Source: a virus (Duplodnaviria > Caudoviricetes). From it: a DNA stretch of 64,000 nt. Where the stretch lies: IMG/VR virus record IMGVR_UViG_3300042549_006197, positions 1 through 64,000 of that record; one strand, given 5' to 3'. The notes beneath the pieces were generated by a model. That model ran no database searches. It was not told the DNA's origin and was given only the letters and a program-made list of their open reading frames with translations. The position numbers and the translations under genes are program-made. Positions 45,747 through 55,375 of the stretch are shown here, piece by piece (the first letter of the stretch is position 1; every line of letters starts with the position of its first letter).

Positions 45747-47122
45747 CAGAATTTAAATCCTTCAAATGATTTTTTTGGTTTCTTTTCTTCGTAATCATAC
45801 TCCTCTTCTTTCTTATTGTCAAGGATATCATCTTGAGCAGATTGTTCACAATCATAAAGACGCATCTTAGCGCGATCAATTCCAATCACAAAACGTTTAT
45901 GAATAGTAGGATCATTATAACGATTCTTTAATTGCTTTACAAGAATTTGTCCAAGTCCCTCAAGTTCTTCTGTACTGATCAGAGCAAACATAAGGTCAGC
46001 AGTAGCAGGAAGACCAAAGGATTCTGAGGTATCAGTAAGTTCAACGTCAGAGCTTCCATAACCAGAACGAGTGGTTTGAGTAGCAGAGACAATCGGAACA
46101 TTAAATTCAACTGCAAGTCCCCTAAGTTCCTCAGCAATTGCCTTGATATACGAATAAGAGTTAACAGAAAGATTTCCCTTATAACGTGAAGATGCACAAA
46201 TATTCAAATAGTCGATGAAAATAATATCTGGTTTAAATGACTTCTTAAGTGCGAGTTCATTAAGAAGTGATTTAAAATGTCCGCTGTGTGCAGATGCAGT
46301 TGGATACTCTTTAATGATTAGAGTGCCTTGAGTTTTCTTTGCAAGGTTAGTTACTTTATTTTCAAAGATTTGCCTCGGCAATTCTGAGATTTCTTGGATA
46401 GGGACGTTAAGGAGATTTGCATCAACTCGTTCTGCAATTCGCTCCTCAGCCATTTCAAGAGTGATATAGAGAACGTTTTTTCCTTGCAATAAGACGGAAG
46501 CAGCCACATGGCACATGAATAAAGATTTTCCGACACCCGTACCAGCAAGAGCGATGTTGAGAGTCTTATTAGGGAGACCGCCTTTTGTAATCTTGTTAAA
46601 GAACTCAAGGTCAAACTCAATCTTTTCTTCCTTTTTGTGATATGACTCGTAACGTTGCTCATAGTCTTCTAAGTAATCGTGACCTACATGATTATCAAAA
46701 GAAACTGCTAAAGCATCTGACAGAATACTAGGAATGCTATCCCGATTCTTTTTTTCGTCTTTGCCATCAGCAATATGAATAGACTCCATAAGAGCCAAAT
46801 AAATTGCACGATCACGACACCACTTTTCTGTAGTATCGACAATCCAATTCATTTCAATAGGTACATCATTAAGATTATCAATCAAATGGACAATCTCTTT
46901 AAATGATGTATCCGTAATATCTTTACGATTCTCTACTTCGATGCAAAGAATTTCCTTTGTTGCAAGTTTGTTATATTCTTGTACAAAGGAAACAATCTCT
47001 TCGAATACAATTTTTTGATTTGCATCTTCAAAATATTCAGATTTGATGAACGGTAAAACTTTTCTTAAATACTCCTCATTATATAATAAATTTCTAAGAA
47101 TTAGAAATTCAACTTGCTCCAT
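45746..47122 (-). CDS. gp41: Replicative helicase (T4 gp41-like)
   Basis: AGTGVGKS, IDYLNI, SATQTTR, SESFGLP. Confidence 0.96.
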   Translation of the reverse strand: MEQVEFLILRNLLYNEEYLRKVLPFIKSEYFEDANQKIVFEEIVSFVQEYNKLATKEILCIEVENRKDITDTSFKEIVHLIDNLNDVPIEMNWIVDTTEKWCRDRAIYLALMESIHIADGKDEKKNRDSIPSILSDALAVSFDNHVGHDYLEDYEQRYESYHKKEEKIEFDLEFFNKITKGGLPNKTLNIALAGTGVGKSLFMCHVAASVLLQGKNVLYITLEMAEERIAERVDANLLNVPIQEISELPRQIFENKVTNLAKKTQGTLIIKEYPTASAHSGHFKSLLNELALKKSFKPDIIFIDYLNICASSRYKGNLSVNSYSYIKAIAEELRGLAVEFNVPIVSATQTTRSGYGSSDVELTDTSESFGLPATADLMFALISTEELEGLGQILVKQLKNRYNDPTIHKRFVIGIDRAKMRLYDCEQSAQDDILDNKKEEEYDYEEKKPKKSFEGFKF

Positions 47123-48116
47123 AACTAAATTCCTTTTGTGCGATTTCGTCCAACTGTTGCATCACTTCTTCAGTGAAATATTGATCAGGATTCTTTAGAA
47201 TCTCTTTTGCGTAAAGTTTTTTACCATTAATCTCATAACGCCCAGCAACGTTCTTCCAGAGTCCACCAATCTCACCAAGTTCCAAAAGACCATAGTAACG
47301 ATCAAGACCGCGCTCATCATAATACAGACGGACTTCAACGTCTTTATTTTCCTTACTCAAACGCGACTTAGCAGTCTTAGCTTTGATAATATTGCCGACC
47401 ACTTCTGTTCCATCTTTCTCTTTCTTTTTGCTGAGATAGATGATCGTAGATGCTGCATATTTGAGTCCAGAACCTCCGCCCATTTCTTTTGTTGGTACGT
47501 AAGCTCCAATGACATCGTATGTATGATTTGTGACAATGAGCGGAACATTTGCTTGGCCTAATTTGAGTGTGAGCATTCGAAATGCACCTTTGACAAGTTG
47601 CGATTTAGTCATGTCACGAACTTGCTTGTCATTCAGTGCATCAGTAATTTCTTTCTCGGTGGAAAGCATACCCAAAGAGTCTAACACAAAAATACAAGGT
47701 TTGCGTTCTTCTACAGGTTTTTTTAAGTAAATGTCTACTGCCTTAAGTGCCTTAGTACGAAACTCTTCGATTGTCACTACATTAACAACAACCGTTCTAT
47801 CAGTATCCACTCCACGAGATTCTAAGAGTGACTTGGTAATAGCAGCCTCAGTATCAAAGTAGAGACAATAACCATCGGGATTAATATCAAGAAAGTTCTT
47901 AACCACTGCGAGAGAGAAAAAAGTCTTTCCAGTAGAAGACTCTCCAGCAATAGCAGTAATCTTATTCCCAGATACACCACCAAATATGCTACCCGAAACC
48001 AGTGCATTAAAAACGTATGAACCTGTATCCACATACGTTTCAGTTTCGTCAATATCTGATGCTAACTTGGTGTAGTCATCACCAATTTCTTTTACAATAT
48101 CCTTTAAAAAGTCCAT
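47109..48116 (-). CDS. uvsX: RecA-like recombinase
   Basis: GESSTGKT, FDTE, DSLGML, MGGGSG. Confidence 0.96.
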   Translation of the reverse strand: MDFLKDIVKEIGDDYTKLASDIDETETYVDTGSYVFNALVSGSIFGGVSGNKITAIAGESSTGKTFFSLAVVKNFLDINPDGYCLYFDTEAAITKSLLESRGVDTDRTVVVNVVTIEEFRTKALKAVDIYLKKPVEERKPCIFVLDSLGMLSTEKEITDALNDKQVRDMTKSQLVKGAFRMLTLKLGQANVPLIVTNHTYDVIGAYVPTKEMGGGSGLKYAASTIIYLSKKKEKDGTEVVGNIIKAKTAKSRLSKENKDVEVRLYYDERGLDRYYGLLELGEIGGLWKNVAGRYEINGKKLYAKEILKNPDQYFTEEVMQQLDEIAQKEFSYGAS

Positions 48117-48122
48117 AATAGT

Positions 48123-48761
48123 TTATAATCGCGGAGTAATAACATCAAATGCAATGGTAATTCTAGGTTTAAATGAATAATGTGGAGTTGTATAATGAAA
48201 AATATATGAGGGAAATATAGTCATTTCTCCGTTTTGATTTTCAATATCGATAACATCTGGATCATTTAATTGATTTATTGGTGACATATACACTGTTGAA
48301 GTATTTTTTACCTGGACATTAAAATGTCCACTCAAATAACAAAACGGTCGCGTAGAATGCATATGTGGTTTTATTTTTTGACCAAATCTCAAAACATTGT
48401 ACCAACACTGTATTCTCAATTGATTTGGAGTATTATTTCCACACTCACTATTATATTCAATTAAATTTTTAATTATATTTTGTTTTAATTTTGGTATCTC
48501 TGGATGATCCCAAGTCAAAATATTATATTGATTTGCCCTTGATGTAGTGCTATTTGAGCCCAATCCAGTATATCCATCAAATATTTTTTCCTCTTCGTAA
48601 AATTGTATAGGAAGTTTTTTTACTTCCCGTTCTTTTCTTAATAAAAATTGAGAAAGAGATTTAGTATCAATATCTTCACACAAAGAAGTTCCAACTCGGA
48701 AATCCCAAGTTGGTGCATAAGGAGTTAAAGGGGGATCACTTGAAAATCTTTTAAAATTCAT
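48123..48761 (-). CDS. 2OG-Fe(II) oxygenase-like protein
   Basis: WYN...PHMH...LSG, IFPSYIFH, RITIAFD. Confidence 0.82.
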   Translation of the reverse strand: MNFKRFSSDPPLTPYAPTWDFRVGTSLCEDIDTKSLSQFLLRKEREVKKLPIQFYEEEKIFDGYTGLGSNSTTSRANQYNILTWDHPEIPKLKQNIIKNLIEYNSECGNNTPNQLRIQCWYNVLRFGQKIKPHMHSTRPFCYLSGHFNVQVKNTSTVYMSPINQLNDPDVIDIENQNGEMTIFPSYIFHYTTPHYSFKPRITIAFDVITPRL

Positions 48762-48925
48762 TATACTACTATCCCATATTGTTCGCGTAAAATTTTTTTA
48801 TACGGAAGTTTTTGATCTTTAAGTTCTTTAACAAGTTTAAGTTTTTGATACAATGCCACATCACCTCCAAAAGCCATGGCATTAATAATCGTATTTAGTT
48901 CTTCATCGGTGATTGGTAAATCCAT
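48761..48925 (-). CDS. 54-aa hypothetical protein
   Basis: Manual translation MDLPITDEELNTIINAMAFGGDVALYQKLK... Confidence 0.7.
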   Translation of the reverse strand: MDLPITDEELNTIINAMAFGGDVALYQKLKLVKELKDQKLPYKKILREQYGIVV

Positions 48926-49540
48926 TTATAAAACTCTCAAATTTGCACTAATTGTAATTCTTGGGTCCTCGGTTTTTTGTACTAATACTCCATGAGGAAC
49001 ATATGACGGAAAAATTATTAGATCATCTTCTTTAACATTCAATTCATGACAGATGTGTACAATTGAATGATTTATATCATCACGATTATAAACATTTTTT
49101 ATTTTTTTATTGCAGGAATAATATGCATGATAATTTGTATAATTGTGAAATGTTATTTTTGGATGAGTATCATTAATTCTTAAAAAATAAACGAAACTAT
49201 ATATCGTTCTATCATTGCTAATATGATCATGATATTCTTGATTGTATCCGTTTAAATAATAATTATACCATATATCATGTATTTCATAATTATGGAAATT
49301 CAAATTTAATTGTTTAGAAAATTTTTCATATTCTCTTTTAAAAGATAAAATTATAGAAGAAAAATCAATATTATTGTTTTCTAATAAACTTGTATGAACT
49401 TTACACCCCCAATATGGGTGCAAATAATCTTTATTTTCTATAAAATTTTTTTGAATCTGATTAAAAATATCAGTTTTAATTGATTCTTCAAGGTTTAAAG
49501 AAGTTTTCCATATTTTAGATGGAAATAAATTTTGAATCAT
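48926..49540 (-). CDS. 2OG-Fe(II) oxygenase-like protein
   Basis: WYNYY...QEYHDH, IFPSYVPHGV, RITISAN. Confidence 0.85.
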   Translation of the reverse strand: MIQNLFPSKIWKTSLNLEESIKTDIFNQIQKNFIENKDYLHPYWGCKVHTSLLENNNIDFSSIILSFKREYEKFSKQLNLNFHNYEIHDIWYNYYLNGYNQEYHDHISNDRTIYSFVYFLRINDTHPKITFHNYTNYHAYYSCNKKIKNVYNRDDINHSIVHICHELNVKEDDLIIFPSYVPHGVLVQKTEDPRITISANLRVL

Positions 49541-52032
49541 GAGAAAAAAGAATCTAAATTCACAGTTTTTTCCACATTCCAACCAATCGCATCTAGGATT
49601 GATTTCAGTGGTTCAAGAAATGCTTTCTCAAATTGTAGGTCATGATCCACATATTTGTCAAGACCCAGTTCTTTGGGAAAGTCTTGAATAAAAGAAATAA
49701 TATTTTCTTGAATAGTATTCGGTTTTTTCAAATATACAAACTTAATCTTTTCACCATTTCCAATCAAAGAATACTTATTCGTAAGTTTTTTCTGTTTGAC
49801 ATAATGATTGAACAGTAAAGCTCCACGCACATGAATGGGTGTACCCTTACTATAAATTTCTGATGAAGAATGATATTTTTGAACATCAGATGCTGTTCTT
49901 GGGAAGGCAATATCTTCTGGGCGAAGCGATCTAAACTGTTCACGACACTTATCAATAAAATTAATCACATCATCTTCACTACCAGTCATCATGATCTTAA
50001 GAGCATCTTTAATCATTTTACGACAAGGTGCTGGTGTAGATGATTTGACTGCTTCTATTCCCATGATCTTAAGTTTGGGTTCAGAATATGCAACACCTTC
50101 ACTGTTCCACACATTCAGAATGTAGCGTTTCTTTGCAGTCCAGATTCCACGATCTGCAATATTCTCACGCTTCATCTGCATCTTCTGATCGTATGCATTC
50201 ACATAGTCAGCCAATTCTTGGTAAGAACCTTCAATATACTTTTCAAGTTCCATTTCACAGACCTTATCAAGGAATGAAACAATGCTCTCAGTAGTTTTCT
50301 CTCTTGACTTGAATACACATTCAACCAAAGGACCCATATTAAGGTATATAGAATCAGTATCTGAAGCAATAACGTAATCAACATCATTTGTCTTTAGAAT
50401 TTTATTGAGATAAGAATTCATCTTTCCTTCAATCCAGCGGATACTGACTTGTCCAGAAAGAGTAATTGCCTCGGCATTGGCTAATTTATAGTAGCGGAAA
50501 TACTGATTACCGATAGCACCATAAGCAGAGTTAAGAGAAATCTTTTTTGCCATCTGGATGTTGTTGCATCTTGCAATTTCCTTTTCCAGTTCTTTCGTCG
50601 GAGTTTTTTCATACTTCTTTTTTGCCTCAATCATTTTCTTTTTGAAAATGACTCGTTCATTATACATCTTCTCCATGAGTTCTGGCAGGAACCCACGAAC
50701 ATCCTTACGGAACATTGCTCCGTTAGCACAAACTGCTTGATCTTTATAGAGTTCAAAATTAATTTCTTGATTTAAGATCCTTTCAACATTTGCAGTGGGA
50801 TGTCTTTCGTCCAGGAGGGTTTCTGGCGAAATGTTGTACTGCATAATAAGATGGGGATAAAGAGAATTAAGGTCAAAGTTGACCACCCAATCATATACCC
50901 CAGGATTCGGTTCCTTAACATATGCTCCCGCATACTTAGTGTCCTTTGCTGTACGTTCTTTAGGCGGAATTACAATATTCCTCTTCTTTAGATAGTTATA
51001 AATGATGTTATCCCACATGCGAACTTGATAGAAAACGTCACCAAAGTTTACCTTTGCATCGAAAGCCATGGTGAGAGCAAGTTCAATCAGTTTCATCTTG
51101 TCTTCCAGACGGTCAACAAGTTCCACGTCAACAATATTGTACTCTACAAACTTCTGCCAACCTTTGCTGTAGAAGTCTTTAAACGTATCAAACTCTGAGT
51201 GATCCAGTTTTTTCTGACCAAGTTCAACTTCGGCAATGTGATCTAGGCGATATGATTCTTGAGCTTTATAAGTGAACTTTTTATAGAGATCCAAATAATC
51301 AAGTTGAGTAATACCACCGACATCAAAATAAATCTGCTTTCTACCGCTTACATAAATTTCATTTTCCGTATTCAATCCCCAGGGGGACATACGTTTCATT
51401 TGCTTTTCACCCAAAACTCTATTGAGTCTACGGCAAATGTATGGAATATCATAAAGTTGTACGTTCCATCCAGTAATCACATCTGGATGATTATTGTCCC
51501 ACCATTCAATAAAAGTTTGTAGTAGATTATACTCATCACCACATTGATGGTAAGTGACATTATCTTGTTTATTTTTAAACGGATTCGTACCCCAGGTAAT
51601 AATCTTTTTTGTATTATAATCCTGAATCGTGATCAGAAGAATTTGTTCCGAGGCCGACTCTACATTTGGAAACCCGTTTTCGGATGCAACCTCAATATCC
51701 AAACTGTACAAACGAATTTTAGAAATATCAAACTTAATTTCGTCTTCTGGATATTTTTCAGAAATATATTGGGAAACGTATCTATCATTTCCATAGATAC
51801 GAAACCCGTCCACACCCTCATACTTTTTGTAGAACTCTCTACAATCTCTTACAAATCCGGGTTGAATCGGTTCAACACTTTCTCCCTCAAGAGTTTTATA
51901 CTTAGATTCTTTTTTTGTTGGAATAAAAAGAGTTGGAGTATATTCCTCCTTAAACATTACATAATTTCCATTATCATATGCACGAACTAAAAACTGATTT
52001 CCAATTAATTGTACGTTGGTGTAAAATTTCAT
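49537..52032 (-). CDS. gp43: Family B DNA polymerase (T4 gp43-like)
   Basis: DIE exonuclease motif, DLNSLYP, KISLNSAYG, SDTDS. Confidence 0.98.
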   Translation of the reverse strand: MKFYTNVQLIGNQFLVRAYDNGNYVMFKEEYTPTLFIPTKKESKYKTLEGESVEPIQPGFVRDCREFYKKYEGVDGFRIYGNDRYVSQYISEKYPEDEIKFDISKIRLYSLDIEVASENGFPNVESASEQILLITIQDYNTKKIITWGTNPFKNKQDNVTYHQCGDEYNLLQTFIEWWDNNHPDVITGWNVQLYDIPYICRRLNRVLGEKQMKRMSPWGLNTENEIYVSGRKQIYFDVGGITQLDYLDLYKKFTYKAQESYRLDHIAEVELGQKKLDHSEFDTFKDFYSKGWQKFVEYNIVDVELVDRLEDKMKLIELALTMAFDAKVNFGDVFYQVRMWDNIIYNYLKKRNIVIPPKERTAKDTKYAGAYVKEPNPGVYDWVVNFDLNSLYPHLIMQYNISPETLLDERHPTANVERILNQEINFELYKDQAVCANGAMFRKDVRGFLPELMEKMYNERVIFKKKMIEAKKKYEKTPTKELEKEIARCNNIQMAKKISLNSAYGAIGNQYFRYYKLANAEAITLSGQVSIRWIEGKMNSYLNKILKTNDVDYVIASDTDSIYLNMGPLVECVFKSREKTTESIVSFLDKVCEMELEKYIEGSYQELADYVNAYDQKMQMKRENIADRGIWTAKKRYILNVWNSEGVAYSEPKLKIMGIEAVKSSTPAPCRKMIKDALKIMMTGSEDDVINFIDKCREQFRSLRPEDIAFPRTASDVQKYHSSSEIYSKGTPIHVRGALLFNHYVKQKKLTNKYSLIGNGEKIKFVYLKKPNTIQENIISFIQDFPKELGLDKYVDHDLQFEKAFLEPLKSILDAIGWNVEKTVNLDSFFS

Positions 52033-52274
52033 TTAGTCAGTTGCTCGTATTTTTCAAGAAGTGATGGTTTGGGATCAGTAATTGTAATAATTTTATCAGA
52101 GTGAATCATAAAGACATTTTGATTTGTCACCTCAAATAACCAAGGTTCCAAATTTCCATCCTTTACAACAAAAGGATTTGTCAATTTACAATCAGGTTCT
52201 CCCATTTCAGAACCAACTTCTTCTATTTGTGTGATCAAAATTTGATCATCAGATAAAACTAACAACTTAATCAT
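52029..52274 (-). CDS. Hypothetical protein
   Basis: GEPDCKLTNPF; ATGA overlap with gp43 start. Confidence 0.75.
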   Translation of the reverse strand: MIKLLVLSDDQILITQIEEVGSEMGEPDCKLTNPFVVKDGNLEPWLFEVTNQNVFMIHSDKIITITDPKPSLLEKYEQLTK

Positions 52275-52294
52275 AGCATTTCTCCAATGCATCT

Positions 52295-52350
52295 ATTCTA
52301 CCAATAAAAAAGAGGGGAGTCAACTGGATTGTGCCAGTTTCCCCTCTGCG
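52295..52350 (-). promoter_or_regulatory. Terminator hairpin overlapping a sigma70 promoter
   Basis: AGAGGGGA-AACTGG..CCAGTT-GA-CTCCCCTCT-T run; TTGACT-17-TAGAAT. Confidence 0.75.
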
Positions 52351-52370
52351 CCGACGATATTCAATTCTAT

Positions 52371-52802
52371 TTAGATATAATCTTTTCGTTGATGATGTTG
52401 AGGAACAATTTTTTTCAATTCAATTGAAAGAAGTCCGTCTTCAAATTTAACTTCTTTGACTTCCGTATCATCTGCAATTGTCCATGCTCTCTGGAAACTT
52501 CTTTGAGCCACTCCTCTATGGATGTAGTTTGACTCGGAAGATTTATCTTCCTTTTGCCCTTCGACAAAAAGTTTTCCATACTCGGTGTACACATGAACTT
52601 CCTCCTTTTTAAATCCTGCAAGTGCAAGTTCTAAGCGAGATTCTACATTACTTACTTGAACAAGATTGTATGGAGGATAATTTGAATTGGATTCAAAGTT
52701 AAACAGACGATCAAGGTATTCGTCCATACCAATACTATTGCGAGTAATCTTATCCATCAATGCAGGAAGATCCGCAGCAGTATAACGTGTAAGGTTAGTC
52801 AT
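52371..52802 (-). CDS. hsp20: Small heat shock protein
   Basis: NYPPYN, ELALAGF, HRGVAQRSF, FEDGLL; AAAGGAG RBS. Confidence 0.95.
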   Translation of the reverse strand: MTNLTRYTAADLPALMDKITRNSIGMDEYLDRLFNFESNSNYPPYNLVQVSNVESRLELALAGFKKEEVHVYTEYGKLFVEGQKEDKSSESNYIHRGVAQRSFQRAWTIADDTEVKEVKFEDGLLSIELKKIVPQHHQRKDYI

Positions 52803-52877
52803 TATGGTAGCTCCTTTAAAAGCGAGTTTGTGTTTTGTGGACCCTTGCGGCATCCACTACTAATTATACAAGAAATA

Positions 52878-52903
52878 TAAAAAAAAGGGAGTGTTGAACT
52901 CCC
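52878..52903 (-). terminator. Terminator after regA
   Basis: GGGAGT-TCAAC-ACTCCC-T run. Confidence 0.75.
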
Positions 52904-52910
52904 TACAAAA

Positions 52911-53354
52911 TCATTCGGTTTCTTCAACTGATGATTTTTTCTTTCCAATATTATATTTCTGCTCCAGGATCCACTCACCTTTATCTCTGTGAGCAATTAC
53001 TTTAATTTGATTCAAAGGAGCAATATCTTGAACCAGATCTTCGTTAACAATAGTGATTAATCCCCAATCACCAAGTAAACGAACAATTCTATTGCGGCGC
53101 TGAACATCGTTTACAGTAAGATTTGCATACTTGCCATCAAGGGCAAATAATTCCTTAAAGTGAACAATATAATACTTACCTTGTTTATGTAAAATGTGAC
53201 AACTTTGATAGAGTTTTTTCTCTTTTCTTGATGCCACTCCGATACGAGTCAAAGTTTCACGTACCTTTAGAAAATCGTCAGGTTCATTTAAAAGGACTTC
53301 TACCATCATATGAGGAGCCCAATTTACCTGAGGTTCAGTTGTTTGGTTTACCAT
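52911..53354 (-). CDS. regA: Translational repressor RegA
   Basis: DDFLKVRETLTRIGVAS, LYQSCHILHKQG, HFKELF. Confidence 0.97.
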   Translation of the reverse strand: MVNQTTEPQVNWAPHMMVEVLLNEPDDFLKVRETLTRIGVASRKEKKLYQSCHILHKQGKYYIVHFKELFALDGKYANLTVNDVQRRNRIVRLLGDWGLITIVNEDLVQDIAPLNQIKVIAHRDKGEWILEQKYNIGKKKSSVEETE

Positions 53355-53718
53355 TGTTTCCACCAGTTTCAAGTCGTTTTTTTATGAAGTCGATTTGTTG
53401 TTTAGATAAAATCCTCAAAGCTTGAGATGCTTTTTCATTACTATAACCATAGTACTGCTTAATGCATTCTAAATCTTTGATATTATCTTTTCGGATCCAA
53501 GGAGAGAATCTCTTTTTTTTCCTTAGACTATTTAGATAAAAGGAATATTGTAGATTTTTATCGAGATGATGATTCATGTTCATTTCATTTGCAAACATGA
53601 TGCAATCAATATGTCCAGATAAACATCTATTGATAATATATGGTGGATAAGATTTTATCTCTTCAGATAAATCTTCTTTTGTAAAGTTAATTGAATTTAA
53701 CCAGTCTTTGAGTTCCAT
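53335..53718 (-). CDS. gp62: Clamp loader small subunit
   Basis: YPPYIINRCLS, ANEMN, KKRFSPW, YYGYS. Confidence 0.92.
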   Translation of the reverse strand: MELKDWLNSINFTKEDLSEEIKSYPPYIINRCLSGHIDCIMFANEMNMNHHLDKNLQYSFYLNSLRKKKRFSPWIRKDNIKDLECIKQYYGYSNEKASQALRILSKQQIDFIKKRLETGGNNGKPNN

Positions 53719-54833
53719 TATCTAATAATTTGAATTTCATCATCATCTGTCCAGAGTTCGACCTTAGTTCTGAATCGGTTTTCTTCCTTTAATTTTTTAT
53801 ATCGTTTTACTGCTTTCTTCTTCCACCAAGAAATAATATTTTCTACATAAAACTTATCCCAATTTAAACCACGAAGAAGTTCTTTCTGTTCGCCAAGAAT
53901 TACTTCCCTAACATTTGAATAACCATAATCGCAGATATAAAATCTTTTCTTTTGAGTTAATGCAAATGCGGCGCCAATTACAGAATTAAATTCAGCAAGT
54001 TTTTGTTTATCTTGAAGTGAATTGCGAATAATGGAAATCATCTTTGTCTGGCGCTTCATCTTTTTGGATGAAGCTTTGTTATCCGTCAATGGAGTATTAT
54101 TATTCAATAAAGTAAATCTGTCATGCAACTTATGGAATACCTCATCATGAAGAAGCGGAAGAAATTTACTTTCTGTCAATCCTTTGTACCGCATAAAAGG
54201 TTTTAGACCATCATACTGAGATGCATCTGTTGTGGATCCATAAAGAGATGTAGTTTCAAACAGAGCAATATCCTTTTCAAATATTTCATTTAGAGACTCT
54301 CTTGCAAGATGCGAGCAACAAAGAAGAGCAAGAAGTTTACCACCAAGATAGTTGTATCCAAAAGGTTGTGATGGAACAATTACAAATCCCATGGCTGCAT
54401 GTCTATTAAAGATAGTAAGATCTGGTGACTTGCCCAACCATTCATTTCTGGGTTTTGAATTGATTGTGGGTGAACCGAAACGAATAAATCCAAGAACTTT
54501 TTTGGTGTTCTTTTCAAACACCATCCAACGCAATTCGCGTCCAGGAATGTTTGATTCATTATTATGTGAAGAAACTGCTCTCAGAAGATTGACATAATGT
54601 TCTTGAGGAACAGAATTTTGAAATCTAGTTCCAACAAACTTAATATCAAAATCCATTTCTTCTGGATGAATATCTTCATTAAAAAATTCGTCATGCAATG
54701 ATACAAGAGAACTTGTAGATGCAATCACTTCTCTTTTCACAAATCTCAAATAGTCTTCAATGTTAGACATATGAGAAAAATATTCAATAAATTCATTTGC
54801 AGCCCAAACTGCATCACTTTCACTAATAATCAT
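53718..54833 (-). CDS. DUF4338/DruA-like domain protein
   Basis: PFGYNYLGGKLLALL, ETTSLYG, SQYDGL; family assignment from memory. Confidence 0.6.
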   Translation of the reverse strand: MIISESDAVWAANEFIEYFSHMSNIEDYLRFVKREVIASTSSLVSLHDEFFNEDIHPEEMDFDIKFVGTRFQNSVPQEHYVNLLRAVSSHNNESNIPGRELRWMVFEKNTKKVLGFIRFGSPTINSKPRNEWLGKSPDLTIFNRHAAMGFVIVPSQPFGYNYLGGKLLALLCCSHLARESLNEIFEKDIALFETTSLYGSTTDASQYDGLKPFMRYKGLTESKFLPLLHDEVFHKLHDRFTLLNNNTPLTDNKASSKKMKRQTKMISIIRNSLQDKQKLAEFNSVIGAAFALTQKKRFYICDYGYSNVREVILGEQKELLRGLNWDKFYVENIISWWKKKAVKRYKKLKEENRFRTKVELWTDDDEIQIIR

Positions 54834-55375
54834 TTTGAATACATTGGAATACTAATGCTCAATCTGTCAGAAAGTGGTTCAAACAAATGAAATTGCAAGG
54901 AAGGAATAAAAATTGAATTTCCTGGTTCAAGAATATACAACTCTTTAATGGTTACGTTTGCATCAGGAAATACTCCGGCACAATCCGAAAATTCATTATA
55001 AACAGTAACTTTTGATTTACCAATACACTGGACAATTAAATTATCTGGATTATCGGCATGAATAGAAAAAGATCGACTCCCAAATTTTCCCATGTAAATA
55101 TGAGATTGTGCATTAACATTATTATTATTTTCTACTTCTTCGATTACTTTTCTAACTTCAGGAGTTACACAACTTCCATGTACAATAAAGGAATAACATT
55201 CTTCCCACAAATTTTTTAAAACAGCCATATCATAACGTTTTTCCCAAGGAGTTTGCATGATATAAATGCTTGGGGAAATTCTCTGTCCCGTTTCTGGATG
55301 AAGTATTTCTACAACATCGTCAGTAACATAAGTTGTTTCAATAAAATACCAAATTTGTTCAAATGTGATGATCAT
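54830..55375 (-). CDS. JmjC/cupin-like oxygenase
   Basis: SF.IHAD..D.LIVQCIG, PG..IFIP...H, RLSIS. Confidence 0.78.
   Translation of the reverse strand: MIITFEQIWYFIETTYVTDDVVEILHPETGQRISPSIYIMQTPWEKRYDMAVLKNLWEECYSFIVHGSCVTPEVRKVIEEVENNNNVNAQSHIYMGKFGSRSFSIHADNPDNLIVQCIGKSKVTVYNEFSDCAGVFPDANVTIKELYILEPGNSIFIPSLQFHLFEPLSDRLSISIPMYSK

Noticed and set aside
34919-52032. Inteins or introns in nrdA, nrdB, gp41 or gp43
   Set aside because: Lengths and motif spacing are normal with no insertions
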